A DNA stretch of 64,000 bases from an archaeon (GCA_030704845.1 JAUYKZ010000023.1:14262-78261); one strand, 5' to 3'. Counted from the stretch's first letter, positions 9,389 through 19,434 are shown. The notes: a model not told the origin generated them from the letters alone. Translations and numbers: made by a program.

Positions 9389-9934
9389 TTAAAGTTTCTT
9401 TAACAATTTTCCTAAAATTTTGAAATCTTGTTCCATTTCCTGCTTTATAGTAGGAAACCTCATCGCTGCAGAAGGGTGATAAGTTACAAAATATTTTTTA
9501 GAAATAGTTTTTCCATGTATCTCGGTTATTTTACCTTTACCTATCATGGAAAATAATGCGCTTTTTCCAAGAAGAATAATTAATTTAGGTTTGATTACTT
9601 CAATTTGCTTATCTAACCATAATTCTCGGCATGTTTTTAATTCTTTATTTGATGGGTTTCTATTTTTTGGCGGATGACATTTGACAGCTCCGGTGATGAA
9701 AGTATCTTTTCTAGAAATCCCAGCTAGGTTTATCATTTCATCCAGAACTGTTCCAGATTTTCCAAAAAAAGGAAGACCTTGCCGATCTTCTTCAACTCCC
9801 GGAGCTTCACCGATTAACATTATTTTAGAAGTATTCATTCCTTCACCGGGAACAGTTAAAGTTCTTCCTTTCCATAATGGGCAGGAAGTACATTTCCTGA
9901 TACCTTCCGCTAATGAGAAAATTGTTTGAGTCAT
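9389..9934 (-). CDS. udg: uracil-DNA glycosylase, family 4
   Basis: GEAPGVEEDRQGLPFFGKSG motif and an N-terminal CTSCPLW Fe-S cysteine cluster. Confidence 0.75.
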   Translation of the reverse strand: MTQTIFSLAEGIRKCTSCPLWKGRTLTVPGEGMNTSKIMLIGEAPGVEEDRQGLPFFGKSGTVLDEMINLAGISRKDTFITGAVKCHPPKNRNPSNKELKTCRELWLDKQIEVIKPKLIILLGKSALFSMIGKGKITEIHGKTISKKYFVTYHPSAAMRFPTIKQEMEQDFKILGKLLKKL

Positions 9935-9943
9935 GTTTAAGGA

Positions 9944-10372
9944 TTAAATATCAATCAGAACTTTTGCTCTCCATCCACCCCTAATTTTTTTAACTTCAAA
10001 CATATGCATGGTAATAGCTTTAACATCAACTTTCGGGCCATGTTTTTTATGATCAAGTATATCTCCTTTAGCTTTACATTCAAGTTCATATCCGTCCGTT
10101 ATTTCAGTAATCTTAATCTTGAACTTATTAAAAATCAGAAGATCGGCATCTTTATGAAAAACTAAATCATCAAGGAAATCAAATAGCAATTTATCGATGG
10201 TTTTATTTTTTCCAGTAATTGTAATCTCTTGGTTACCTTTTATCGAAGAGATATCAACTTGGGTTTCTTCAAGAGCTAGAGCACATTGTTCAAATAATCC
10301 TTCTAAAGTTGGTGCTTCCGCTTCAAAAAGGACGTCGGCGGTATGATCAATGAATGTGTAATGTGCTTTCAT
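9944..10372 (-). CDS. archease (tRNA-splicing ligase activator)
   Basis: MKAHYTFIDHTADVLFEAEAPTLEGLFEQCALAL matches the conserved archease N-terminus. About 140 aa. Confidence 0.7.
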   Translation of the reverse strand: MKAHYTFIDHTADVLFEAEAPTLEGLFEQCALALEETQVDISSIKGNQEITITGKNKTIDKLLFDFLDDLVFHKDADLLIFNKFKIKITEITDGYELECKAKGDILDHKKHGPKVDVKAITMHMFEVKKIRGGWRAKVLIDI

Positions 10373-10490
10373 GGTTGTTTAATTTGGTTTTTTTAATTTC
10401 TTAATTTGATTAGTTTGTATTTCAGTTAAGATTTAAAATATTTCTTTATTTATTACTATTTAAATTTTTATTTAACTCTTTCGTTTTTAT

Positions 10491-11558
10491 TTAAGCATGA
10501 TAATTCTTATCTTTTAATAATTCCTGTTGCCATGGACGCATAACATCTAATGATTCTTTAACAACACTTTGTAGAATCTGATCACTGCTAACGAGAAGGT
10601 GTCTTTTAATTCCTAATCCGTTGGCGATAGCATTTCTTTGTTCAGTTAATTTATCAATTCTTTCAGCTTGTTCCAAGGTTAACCGTTTTCTAGGTTTTTT
10701 TGGATATTCCTCTTCTAACTGCTTAGCTTTTTCAACAGCCATTTTCAATTCTGTATCATTTTGGCGAACAATAGGATGAACACCATGTAATGATTTCCAA
10801 GAGTAAGGGGAATTTTTTGCGAAAGAAATTAATTGCTCGTTACGCATAATCATGAATACGGGTTTATCTACTTGTTGAGCCATCCTTTTTCTGATATCAA
10901 ATAAGGTATGTAAAACTGATCTTTGTTGAGGGGTGAGACTTCTTGCACCAGCAAGATCTAAATAATTTTGTTCATTGTATGAAAATTCAACATTTTCGAT
11001 ATGCTGGCATTCTTCTTGTACCCAATGTAACCTTCCTTTTTCTTCCAGCTCTATCTCTAATTTATCTTTTAATTCTAACAAGTTAGCTGTATCACCAATA
11101 GCATATTCAAGCATTTCTTTAGATAACGGTCTTCTTGTCCAATCAACTCTCTGAAACTTTTTTTCGGTAGATATACTAAAATATTCTTCCAATAATGAAC
11201 CCAATCCTACTTTTTCTTTACCAAGGAATAATGCTGCTAATTGGGTATCATAAACATTCTTTGGTCGACAATTAAATTGAGAATTAATTATCCTAAAATC
11301 AAAACTCACATCATGGAATACTTTTTGGACAGACTGATTTTCAAACAATTCCAGTAGCGGTTTAATAGATGAAATAGCTATAACATCAACAACCCAATTC
11401 GTAGTATAAGTAGAAATTTGAATTAAAGAGATATACATGCCGTAATGATGGAGGTTATTCTCACATTCTATATCGATGGCTAGAATCTTCTCTTTGTTCC
11501 AGATTTCAATTGCTTCCTGGAGCTGTTTTTCTGTTGTAATATAGGTACATAAAACCAT
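10491..11558 (-). CDS. RNase D-like 3'-5' exonuclease (DEDDy) with HRDC-like C-terminus
   Basis: ILAIDIECENNLHHYGMYISLIQIS exo motif I, a later YAIGDTANLL motif, and a C-terminal helical HRDC-like region. Confidence 0.6.
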   Translation of the reverse strand: MVLCTYITTEKQLQEAIEIWNKEKILAIDIECENNLHHYGMYISLIQISTYTTNWVVDVIAISSIKPLLELFENQSVQKVFHDVSFDFRIINSQFNCRPKNVYDTQLAALFLGKEKVGLGSLLEEYFSISTEKKFQRVDWTRRPLSKEMLEYAIGDTANLLELKDKLEIELEEKGRLHWVQEECQHIENVEFSYNEQNYLDLAGARSLTPQQRSVLHTLFDIRKRMAQQVDKPVFMIMRNEQLISFAKNSPYSWKSLHGVHPIVRQNDTELKMAVEKAKQLEEEYPKKPRKRLTLEQAERIDKLTEQRNAIANGLGIKRHLLVSSDQILQSVVKESLDVMRPWQQELLKDKNYHA

Positions 11559-11642
11559 TATAGATAAAGAACAGGTATTCCTTTATAATATTTTATGCTC
11601 TAGAGCTGATTTTCAAAAATTTAAAGATTTAATGAAATCGGT

Positions 11643-12440
11643 CTAACTTTTTTTGATAACGTAAAATATCTCATTTGTAAACTCTATAATCTGATGAACA
11701 TACCCTTTTCTTTCACATAACCATTCGACCCAGTTCCTTCTTGGGGCAGTCATTTTTTTCCCGCTCATGGTTCTGGTAGCAAAACTCATTATCATATATT
11801 TAGCTGGAATTTTTTCTAGAAGATTCTCAGTAATTTTATGTCCTTTACCCCTATCAAGCACATCAGTCATTTTTAATAAGAAACAAACATCGACCTTAGG
11901 CAGAATATCATTAACAATATCTTTAACTTCAGCTCTACCTTTGAAAGAACTATTTTTCTTTTCAAGGATCTTAAAATATTTTTGAATAAATTCGATTTCT
12001 TCAGAACTAATATCATAAGCATGATATTCTAGTTCTTTAAGTTTCATGAATAGGTATGAAAACGGATTTAATCCACATCCCAGATCAAGAATGGTTTTCG
12101 GTTTACCAGTTATCGTAAAGATTTTCTGATATAAATCTTCATAAATTAATAATCGTTCTTTAGTTGATGAATGAGTGGTAAGAATTTCTTTTATTCTACC
12201 TTCACTTAGAAGCTGTTCCCGTTCTTTTTTGTTTTCATCACGGAACAATCCATAAACTCTTCTTAAGATAGTTCTAATGTCTTTGATAATAATTCTATAA
12301 TCTTTAGATTTGACATTTAATTTGGTAAGGTCAATTCTTGGATGCTGTTTAAGATATTTTTCTAACTCTGTTTTAACGAACTGATCGCTGATTGATGAGA
12401 GTTCTTTCTTTTTCTTAATTTCTTGGATGAATTCTTCCAT
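11643..12440 (-). CDS. class I SAM-dependent methyltransferase (tentatively 16S rRNA m7G1405 Rmt/ArmA-like family)
   Basis: ILDLGCGLNPFSY SAM-binding motif. The preceding HSSTKERL...LYQKIF segment recalls the FmrO/Rmt family. That assignment is a guess. Confidence 0.45.
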   Translation of the reverse strand: MEEFIQEIKKKKELSSISDQFVKTELEKYLKQHPRIDLTKLNVKSKDYRIIIKDIRTILRRVYGLFRDENKKEREQLLSEGRIKEILTTHSSTKERLLIYEDLYQKIFTITGKPKTILDLGCGLNPFSYLFMKLKELEYHAYDISSEEIEFIQKYFKILEKKNSSFKGRAEVKDIVNDILPKVDVCFLLKMTDVLDRGKGHKITENLLEKIPAKYMIMSFATRTMSGKKMTAPRRNWVEWLCERKGYVHQIIEFTNEIFYVIKKS

Positions 12441-12477
12441 ACATCTAAAGAAAGAAGAATCTGCTTAAAAATCTGTT

Positions 12478-12618
12478 GGGTCTCTTGGCTAATATGAAAC
12501 CCTCTTTATCTTTTGTATTAGCGCCCTGTCGGAGACGAGGCGGGTACTCGTAAGAGTACGATATCCGCCGTGCTCTAATACAAAGATTATTGAGGGTTTC
12601 ATATTAGCCGGGTCTCTT
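12478..12618. mobile_element. MITE-like element: 18-bp perfect terminal inverted repeats, 9-bp flanking direct repeats, GC-rich hairpin core
   Basis: The flanks both read gggtctctt (12478-12486 and 12610-12618). The TIRs are ggctaatatgaaaccctc (12487-12504) and gagggtttcatattagcc (12592-12609). The interior forms nested stems, including gtactc-gtaa-gagtac with a GNRA-type loop. Confidence 0.5.
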
Positions 12619-12996
12619 ATTCATTGATAAAGCAATTAAATAAATTAAGCAAAGCTTCTCTTCAACGAATCTCTAGCACATTGGAAAGCCGAGGTTAAAT
12701 ATCCGAAATCAGATGTTCGTTACACAAAAGCAGGATTTGAACCATTAACAGAGACCATAATCAGAAATGATAAAATCGGCATTATCATTTGGAGTGATAA
12801 ACCTCTTGGTATTATCATCCACCAAAAAGAAGCTGCTGAATCTTATGATCAATTTTTTAAAATAATGTGGAGTACTGCAATTCCTTAGATTATTCAAGTA
12901 ATATTGTTAAACTTTGTTTAGGATATATTAAACAATTCGTTTCTACTAAATTCAATTTCCGCTACTTTTTTAAACAATAACATAATCTAAGTATTT

Positions 12997-13635
12997 ATGG
13001 GTTGGTTTCATAAATTATCACATTTTCTTTGGAAGGATACTTCTATTTGGAGTTGGATTGCCAATATCTTAATTGCTTTCCTTGTAATTCGTTTTTTATT
13101 CTACCCAGTTCTAGGAGTTCTCCTTGGTACTAGTTTCCCTGTTGTAGCAGTAGTTAGTGAAAGTATGGAACACGGATTACATAACGATGTTCTTTGTGGA
13201 CAATCATTTGATACGTTTCATGAATCATTTGATAATTATTGGGGTATTTGCGGTTCATGGTATGAACAGATTGGAATAACAATGGAACAGTTTAAACAAT
13301 TTCCATTTAAGAATGGGTTCAATAAAGGCGATGTAATAGTTTTATGGAGAGCAAATAGAAATAATCTTGAGGTCGGCGATATTTTAGTTTTCCAAGCAAA
13401 TAAAAATCAACCGATTATCCACCGGATGGTTGCTGTTACTGAAAAAGATGGAAATCTCTTTTATCAGACGAAAGGCGATCATAACGCTAGAAGTATTGAA
13501 TCTGGGTTAGATGAGACGCATATTAGTGAAGATCGTGTTTATGGGCAAGCTTTATTTAGGATACCTTATCTTGGATGGGTTAAAATTTTAGTTGTAGAAC
13601 TTCTTAAACCGTTTGGGATAGTTATTGAGCGGTGA
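12997..13635 (+). CDS. signal peptidase I, archaeal/ER Sec11 type
   Basis: N-terminal TM segment, the SESMEH catalytic-serine box and a GDHN box. Confidence 0.65.
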   Translation: MGWFHKLSHFLWKDTSIWSWIANILIAFLVIRFLFYPVLGVLLGTSFPVVAVVSESMEHGLHNDVLCGQSFDTFHESFDNYWGICGSWYEQIGITMEQFKQFPFKNGFNKGDVIVLWRANRNNLEVGDILVFQANKNQPIIHRMVAVTEKDGNLFYQTKGDHNARSIESGLDETHISEDRVYGQALFRIPYLGWVKILVVELLKPFGIVIER

Positions 13636-13646
13636 TTTTGTTTCAT

Positions 13647-14000
13647 TTATTTCTGTTTCTCAAATGGTATTAATTTAGCTGAATATTTTTTTAAAAAGTA
13701 TTCTGCCCAAACTTCTCTATCAATGCCGATTTGATCTGCATGAATCCAATATCCATTTACATCTTCGGTAAACTGAGGATGTTGCGTGAGAGTGATAACC
13801 ACGGACCAGATTATTTTATCTTTATCATCTGGATTGAAAATACTTAATTGGTCTCCATCTACCAGAATATGTAGTCTTTCATACGACCATCTATCCTTAA
13901 AAAAAATATATTGAGAATCTTGAAAAGCCCAATATCCGCCTTCAGTACCGGTTTCAGAATGTAAATGCAATTTCCCTTCTAAAGAATTATCGTTGGTCAT
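13647..14000 (-). CDS. hypothetical protein
   Basis: ORF only. Confidence 0.3.
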   Translation of the reverse strand: MTNDNSLEGKLHLHSETGTEGGYWAFQDSQYIFFKDRWSYERLHILVDGDQLSIFNPDDKDKIIWSVVITLTQHPQFTEDVNGYWIHADQIGIDREVWAEYFLKKYSAKLIPFEKQK

Positions 14001-14031
14001 ACCTTATTTTAAATCTGTTAAAACATATACT

Positions 14032-14111
14032 AAAGTGCCAAAGCTTTCGAACTTATTTTTGGCACTTTATATATATAAAATGCGTTAATATATTAGAAAT
14101 CTAACGCATTT
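14032..14111. repeat. two intergenic hairpins (aaagtgcca...tggcacttt; aaaatgcgttaa...taacgcatttt)
   Basis: Read directly. The second shares its arms with the palindrome at 25380-25455. Confidence 0.5.
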
Positions 14112-14161
14112 TAGTATATAAATGTTGTGTTAACGAGATATACCCAAAAGCGTTATCGTCA

Positions 14162-14809
14162 TTACATGAAATGTTCTAATACCCTGGTTAATAATGATTT
14201 TGGTCTTTCACCATTTAATATTCTTACAGTTTCTATCGAAAAATTAGGAAGTTGTATGTATCCTTTATTTTTGTATTCATCAATTTGTTTTAAAGAAATT
14301 TCTATATCCTCGTGTGGAACTTTACTAAAATATATAGTTTCTACATCGAATCCTATCTGTTGTATCTGATAAGCATGCAAAGCCCCTACGATGGCATGAG
14401 TACTTTCATTATTCCTGGCTGCATTATACATAGAAAGACTTCTAAGAAAACTAAGAGCACAGAAATAATCTTTTATTTGTTTATAATGGACGCTTTCGGG
14501 GTTTAGATCTCCCATATTTAAACGATTACTGGCTAGATTCTGTAACTCGTAGATTTCATTATTTTCTATAGGGGCCATTTCTATACCTTTTTTATCTAAA
14601 TGTTTAGCTATCGACCAAAAGAAACGAAGGCAATGTGATTGTTCAAAATCCAATATATCTGGGGGAATTGTTAATAAACCCTCGATTGAAAATCTAGTTT
14701 CTAAAGATACTTTGGATTCGAGTGGTATCTTTTTTACGTAATCTATAACTTTCGGGTAATTCTTATCTCTATCGCTATGACATACTCCCACCACTGTTAA
14801 TTTTGTCAT
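14162..14809 (-). CDS. hypothetical protein
   Basis: ORF only. Confidence 0.3.
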   Translation of the reverse strand: MTKLTVVGVCHSDRDKNYPKVIDYVKKIPLESKVSLETRFSIEGLLTIPPDILDFEQSHCLRFFWSIAKHLDKKGIEMAPIENNEIYELQNLASNRLNMGDLNPESVHYKQIKDYFCALSFLRSLSMYNAARNNESTHAIVGALHAYQIQQIGFDVETIYFSKVPHEDIEISLKQIDEYKNKGYIQLPNFSIETVRILNGERPKSLLTRVLEHFM

Positions 14810-14994
14810 CTTAATTTTCTAAAGAAGTCTTTTTTATTAAAACTTTTTCTGTGATGAGCACTATAAATTCATTAGATTAACAGTTGGGATAGAATATTGC
14901 ATGCCTAGTTAATAAATTATGTAACAATAGACCCTATTTCAATTAACTTTATAAAGCCGATTAGAGTTCCCCTCTTAATCGGAGGTGAACTTTT

Positions 14995-15306
14995 ATGTTC
15001 TGTCCTGAATGTGGTTCTATTCTAAGGCCAAAAGAAAAAGCAGGTAAAAGGATTCTTTTTTGTAGCTGTGGTTATACTAAAAATTCCGAAGGAGAAGCTG
15101 TATCGATAACAGAAAAGAGTAATGAAGGAAAAAAGATTGAGATTATTGAAAAATTAAACGCAAATCCGAAAATTAAAATGAAGTGTGAGAAATGTGGTCA
15201 CGGAGTAGCAACGTATTGGACCCAGCAAACACGAGGAGCAGATGAACCAGAGACAAGATTCTTCCGTTGTGAAGATTGTGGTCATACTTGGAGGGAATAT
15301 GCGTGA
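14995..15306 (+). CDS. tfs: RNA polymerase subunit M / transcription factor S (RpoM/TFS)
   Basis: N-terminal CPECGS...CSCG zinc ribbon. C-terminal TFIIS-type ribbon CEKCGH...YWTQQTRGADEPETRFFRCEDCGHTW. A GGAGGTGA Shine-Dalgarno sits 7 nt upstream and a TATA-like ctttataaag further up. Confidence 0.8.
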   Translation: MFCPECGSILRPKEKAGKRILFCSCGYTKNSEGEAVSITEKSNEGKKIEIIEKLNANPKIKMKCEKCGHGVATYWTQQTRGADEPETRFFRCEDCGHTWREYA

Positions 15307-15803
15307 AATCTTCCCAAGAAGCACTTGCTTCAGTTCTTCAATCGTCTGAATATTCTTCGTGGAAGGAAGAACATCCTGGTTCTTACCTTTCACATTTTTT
15401 TTGTGCTCTTTCTTCTGCAATGGAACAGAAAAGTCCTTGGGAAATAGGTTTCTATGATCCTAATGATGGAAAAATAACTATTTTTATTGCTGAGAATGAA
15501 ATCCTGGTTAAACCAGAAGACCAAATTTTTCAAAAAGAAAAACAAGATGTTGAAGAATTACCATTTGATAAAGTGTCAATCTCATTAGATAAAGCAGAGG
15601 ATTTGTTTAAAGAAAATGCGGGTAATTTATTTCCCGAAGAAAGTTGGGGCGACGGATTTATTGTCCTTCAAACCTTACAAGGAAAAAATCTTTGGAATTT
15701 TACATTTATAACAAAATCACTTAAATTCATAAATGCAAAAATAGATGCTTCATCTGGAGAAATAGTTAGCCATGATTTGGTAGAAGTTGTTCAAAGGAAG
15801 TAA
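15276..15803 (+). CDS. hypothetical protein (true start probably the internal Met near 15420)
   Basis: The ORF overlaps the tfs 3' end. Coding-like. Confidence 0.3.
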   Translation: MWSYLEGICVKSSQEALASVLQSSEYSSWKEEHPGSYLSHFFCALSSAMEQKSPWEIGFYDPNDGKITIFIAENEILVKPEDQIFQKEKQDVEELPFDKVSISLDKAEDLFKENAGNLFPEESWGDGFIVLQTLQGKNLWNFTFITKSLKFINAKIDASSGEIVSHDLVEVVQRK

Positions 15804-16110
15804 ATCTGCGATTAATTCTTGATAGTTTTAATCTTAGGTTAATTAATTTGTGTGTAGTGTAAAATAACAACAACAATGGGTAGTAACCCGTTATGTTTTT
15901 TCAATAGTGGTATCGGGTTTGAGAATATAGTTTCAACTCTAGTAGTCTTTATTAAGGTGGTAGCTTCTCTATTAAAACGATAGATGTTAGGAAAAAGGGG
16001 TGGTCGATGTCACATGGCAGCAATATCTTATAAAGCAATGATGGGTAGTAAAAAACTTGATTCTTTTTTTAGTCGAGAACAGAAAGAAGAAGAGGAATGA
16101 ATTTCATTCC

Positions 16111-16860
16111 TTATTTTTTCTTCAAATTAATTCTATAAAATTCTCTTGCTTGTTCTTTAGATGATTCTAAACTTTTTCCTGCATTTAAATAGGTGACATT
16201 AACTCCCGCATTCTCAAATATTTTTCTGAATTCTTCACTTTCATAATGAGCTTTAATTCTTAATTGAAATTCTAAATTTTCAAATATACAATTGTCATCT
16301 TTTTCTCGTTCAGAAACTCTTCTTATAGCTTCTTCTGCATCTTTAATTGTTGGAACAATTAAAAAGTCCATTGGATGTTTCATGCAAAAAGTATTTCCTG
16401 GAATTGCTAAAATTTCTTCAACGCTAAATTCTTCTCCTCTATCTAAAGCACTTTGTCGTTGATAAACTATTGTTGTTGAAAGTGATCTGCTTTGAAAAAT
16501 GTTAATTCCATTTTCTAATGCCGGAAGAATTACTCCTTCATATAATATTCTTCTATCAAGGGCATATGCGTCTGCAACTGCTTGAGGGCTGTAATCTCTT
16601 CCATTTCTAGAAATTAATTCTTCTCTAATATATCTTCCAACCCCACTAAAAGTTGGCTCAGAAGTGATTACGATATCAAAATTACCAATAATCTCTTTAT
16701 GGTCTGGATGATGATTATTCTTCTCCCAGAATTCATGGACGTCAAATACTCTTTTTCCTTCCTTTTTTGCTTCTTGAATAAATTCGTTAAGAAAAACACC
16801 TTTGCCAACGCCATCTAATCCATCAATAACTACAAACTTGCCTCTTTCCATTCTATCCAC
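16111..16860 (-). CDS. tmk: thymidylate kinase-like dNMP kinase
   Basis: GKFVVIDGLDGVGKG P-loop in the dTMP kinase arrangement and a DRR segment. Sits next to folA and thyA. Confidence 0.5.
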   Translation of the reverse strand: MDRMERGKFVVIDGLDGVGKGVFLNEFIQEAKKEGKRVFDVHEFWEKNNHHPDHKEIIGNFDIVITSEPTFSGVGRYIREELISRNGRDYSPQAVADAYALDRRILYEGVILPALENGINIFQSRSLSTTIVYQRQSALDRGEEFSVEEILAIPGNTFCMKHPMDFLIVPTIKDAEEAIRRVSEREKDDNCIFENLEFQLRIKAHYESEEFRKIFENAGVNVTYLNAGKSLESSKEQAREFYRINLKKK

Positions 16861-16870
16861 CCTTTTTTTA

Positions 16871-17410
16871 TTATCTTCTAGTTTTAGTATAAGTCACAAA
16901 TGAATACTCTTTCTCGATAGGAATCCCATCTTTATTAAATTCTGTTTCTCCATAATCTACTGGTACCCCTTGCCATTCATGGTGATTAATCGGTGGGAAG
17001 AAAGCATCACCATCAGTTACAACTCTTTTAACATGAGTAATCTCTAATTTTGTTGCTAACGGCATTGTATCTCTATAAACAGTTTCTCCTCCAATGATGT
17101 ATACTAATGGCGGATTTTCTCCGATTAAAGGTGCTTTATCGGCTTCTGCAAGAGCTTCTTCAAGACTATGCGCGATGTAAATGCCATTATCTCTAAAATC
17201 TGGATTGCTTGTCATAACAATATTATGTCGGCCTTGTAATGGTCGAAATTTATTTGGAATTGATTCATAGGTATTTCGTCCCATGATTACTGGATGTCCT
17301 AAAGTTAATTCTTTAAATCGAGTTAAATCTTCAGGAATTCTCCACGGCATTTGACCATTTATTCCAATTACATTATTAATTGACACTGCTGCAATTAGTA
17401 CTAAGTCCAT
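16871..17410 (-). CDS. folA: dihydrofolate reductase
   Basis: MDLVLIAAVSINNVIGINGQMPWRIPEDLTRFKELTLGHPVIMGRNTYESIP aligns closely with the canonical DHFR N-terminus. Confidence 0.8.
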   Translation of the reverse strand: MDLVLIAAVSINNVIGINGQMPWRIPEDLTRFKELTLGHPVIMGRNTYESIPNKFRPLQGRHNIVMTSNPDFRDNGIYIAHSLEEALAEADKAPLIGENPPLVYIIGGETVYRDTMPLATKLEITHVKRVVTDGDAFFPPINHHEWQGVPVDYGETEFNKDGIPIEKEYSFVTYTKTRR

Positions 17411-17425
17411 TTTATTCCTCTAAAT

Positions 17426-18292
17426 CTATACCGCTATTTTAAAATCTATCTTTAGTTGTGGATTGTAACCAACAAGTTTTGAATCAGTAAATTCCCAATT
17501 AAATATTGAACTAAAACTTTCAGTATCTATCCTTGGTAGTTCCCCGGGTTTTCTACTTAATTGTTCCTTAGCACCTTCAAAATGATTTTCATAAATATGA
17601 ACATCAGCTAAGAATCCAGTTAAAATTCCTTCTTCTAATCCGGATTCCTTTGCTAAGAGATGAAGTAGTAATCCATAACTTGCAATATTGAATGGTAAGC
17701 CAAGCATTGTATCAACAGATCGTTGATTCCATAGAAGATTTACTTTACCTTCCGAGGTCGTAACTTGAAATCCATAATGACACGGGGGTAAGGCCATCTG
17801 AGATAATTGTGCTGGATTCCAGGAATTAACAATCATTCTCCTATCATTTGGATTATTTTTAAGTGTTTCAACTAAAGTTGCAAGTTGATCTATTCCTTGT
17901 CCAGAATAATCTGCATCTGGTCCTTTATATTCTGCACCAAAATGGCGCCATTGAAATCCATATATCGGTCCAAGATCATTCTCTTGCATCATTCTATTTT
18001 TTGATTCCTCGTCATGAGCATAAGGAACTTTTTTAGGATTACACCATTCATCCCAAATCTTATTTTTTCTCTCTTGTAACCATCTTTTATCGGTAAGACC
18101 TTTTATAAAAAATTCTAATTCGGATTTAACAAGTTGAAATGGAACTCTTTTTGTTGTAAGAATTGGAAAACCTTTCTTCATATCATGTTTAAAGATTCTA
18201 CCGGAAACTAAATAAGTGTCAATGCCCGTTCTATTTTCTTTTCTTTCACCAGTTTTTAGAATGTCTTTTACCAGATTTAAGTATTGTTCCAT
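17426..18292 (-). CDS. thyA: thymidylate synthase (ThyA type)
   Basis: MEQYLNLVKDIL start, an ALPPCHYGFQV active-site cysteine motif, and ThyA-like similarity throughout. The ORF in the track extends 16 codons further upstream. Confidence 0.8.
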   Translation of the reverse strand: MEQYLNLVKDILKTGERKENRTGIDTYLVSGRIFKHDMKKGFPILTTKRVPFQLVKSELEFFIKGLTDKRWLQERKNKIWDEWCNPKKVPYAHDEESKNRMMQENDLGPIYGFQWRHFGAEYKGPDADYSGQGIDQLATLVETLKNNPNDRRMIVNSWNPAQLSQMALPPCHYGFQVTTSEGKVNLLWNQRSVDTMLGLPFNIASYGLLLHLLAKESGLEEGILTGFLADVHIYENHFEGAKEQLSRKPGELPRIDTESFSSIFNWEFTDSKLVGYNPQLKIDFKIAV

Positions 18293-18377
18293 AAAATCCC
18301 CCCTTCTACAAAACGATAATATTCCATTCTTTAAATACATTTATCATCTCAATACTCACCTTTGAAAGACAATAATC

Positions 18378-18388
18378 CATTTAAATAA
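18378..18388 (+). promoter_or_regulatory. putative archaeal TATA box (catttaaataa) about 26 nt upstream of the ATG at 18409
   Basis: TATA-like element at the spacing expected for a leaderless archaeal transcript. The same spacing recurs at 31760 and 54611. Confidence 0.35.
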
Positions 18389-18408
18389 CTCCTCTCGGAA
18401 GTAGAAAC

Positions 18409-19434
18409 ATGATTATTGGTGTTATAGGTAAATATGCTTCGGGGAAGGATTGTGTAGCTAAAACTTTAGAGAATCAAGGATTTATTCATTATTCTTTATC
18501 AGATGAAATTAGAGCGGAAGCTAAGCAAAGGAAACTTAAAATTACAAGAGACGTTTTAATTAATCTTGGCAATGAACTAAGAGAAAAATTCGGTCCATCT
18601 ATTCTTTCTGAAAGAATTCGTTCAAGAATTCACGGGAACAGAAATTATGTTCTTTCTTCTATCAGAAATGTTGAAGAGGTAAATGCTTTACTAGATCTTC
18701 CAGAATTTGTTTTAATTAGAGTTGAAGCAGATGCAAAGAAAAGATTCGAATGGCTTAATAAAAGAGCTAGGGAAGAAGATCCTAAGACTTTCAAAGAATT
18801 CCAAGAGAAAGAGAAATTGGAATCTAGTTCTGATCCAAACAAACAACAGTTGCACAAAGTAATGAAACTTGCAAAAATAGTTATTAAAAATGAAGGAAGT
18901 TTGGAAGATTTAAATAATAAAACTTTACGTATGTTTAATAATCTTAAACGGAAATATCATAAACGGCCCAGTTGGGACGATTATTTCATGGGAATCGTTG
19001 AAGCAGTTTCTACTAGAGCAACATGTGACCGCGGGAGAACAGCGGTTGTTTTAGTTAAAGATAAAATAATAATTGCAACTGGTTATGTTGGTTCACCAAT
19101 GGGTATGCCACATTGTGATGATGTTGGTCATCAGATGAAGAAAATAATTCATGAAGATGAAAGAATTTCTCAACATTGTGTGAGAACAAATCATGGGGAA
19201 GTTAATGCTATTTCTCTTGCTGCAAGAAATGGTGTTTCAACGGAAGGAGCAACGTTATATTGTAAACTTGAACCTTGTTACACCTGCGCTAAGATGCTTA
19301 TTAATTCGGGGATTATAAGAGTTGTCTGTCAGAAATTATATCATGCAGGACAAGATTCGCGAGAATTGTTTAAGATGGCAAAAATCCCGGTGACCGTTCT
19401 TCAAGATACTGTTGAAGGATATTCTAATCAATGA
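18409..19434 (+). CDS. bifunctional P-loop nucleotide kinase-like domain fused to dCMP deaminase
   Basis: N-terminus has GVIGKYASGKD, a Walker A in a small NMP-kinase/dephospho-CoA-kinase-like fold. C-terminus has HGEVNAI and LEPCYTCAKMLINSGI, the zinc-binding motifs of deoxycytidylate deaminase. Confidence 0.6.
   Translation: MIIGVIGKYASGKDCVAKTLENQGFIHYSLSDEIRAEAKQRKLKITRDVLINLGNELREKFGPSILSERIRSRIHGNRNYVLSSIRNVEEVNALLDLPEFVLIRVEADAKKRFEWLNKRAREEDPKTFKEFQEKEKLESSSDPNKQQLHKVMKLAKIVIKNEGSLEDLNNKTLRMFNNLKRKYHKRPSWDDYFMGIVEAVSTRATCDRGRTAVVLVKDKIIIATGYVGSPMGMPHCDDVGHQMKKIIHEDERISQHCVRTNHGEVNAISLAARNGVSTEGATLYCKLEPCYTCAKMLINSGIIRVVCQKLYHAGQDSRELFKMAKIPVTVLQDTVEGYSNQ

Noticed and set aside
9200-9390. 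Possible second tRNA or ncRNA downstream of tRNAi
   Set aside because: No cloverleaf could be folded by eye. The region is kept as unannotated spacer.
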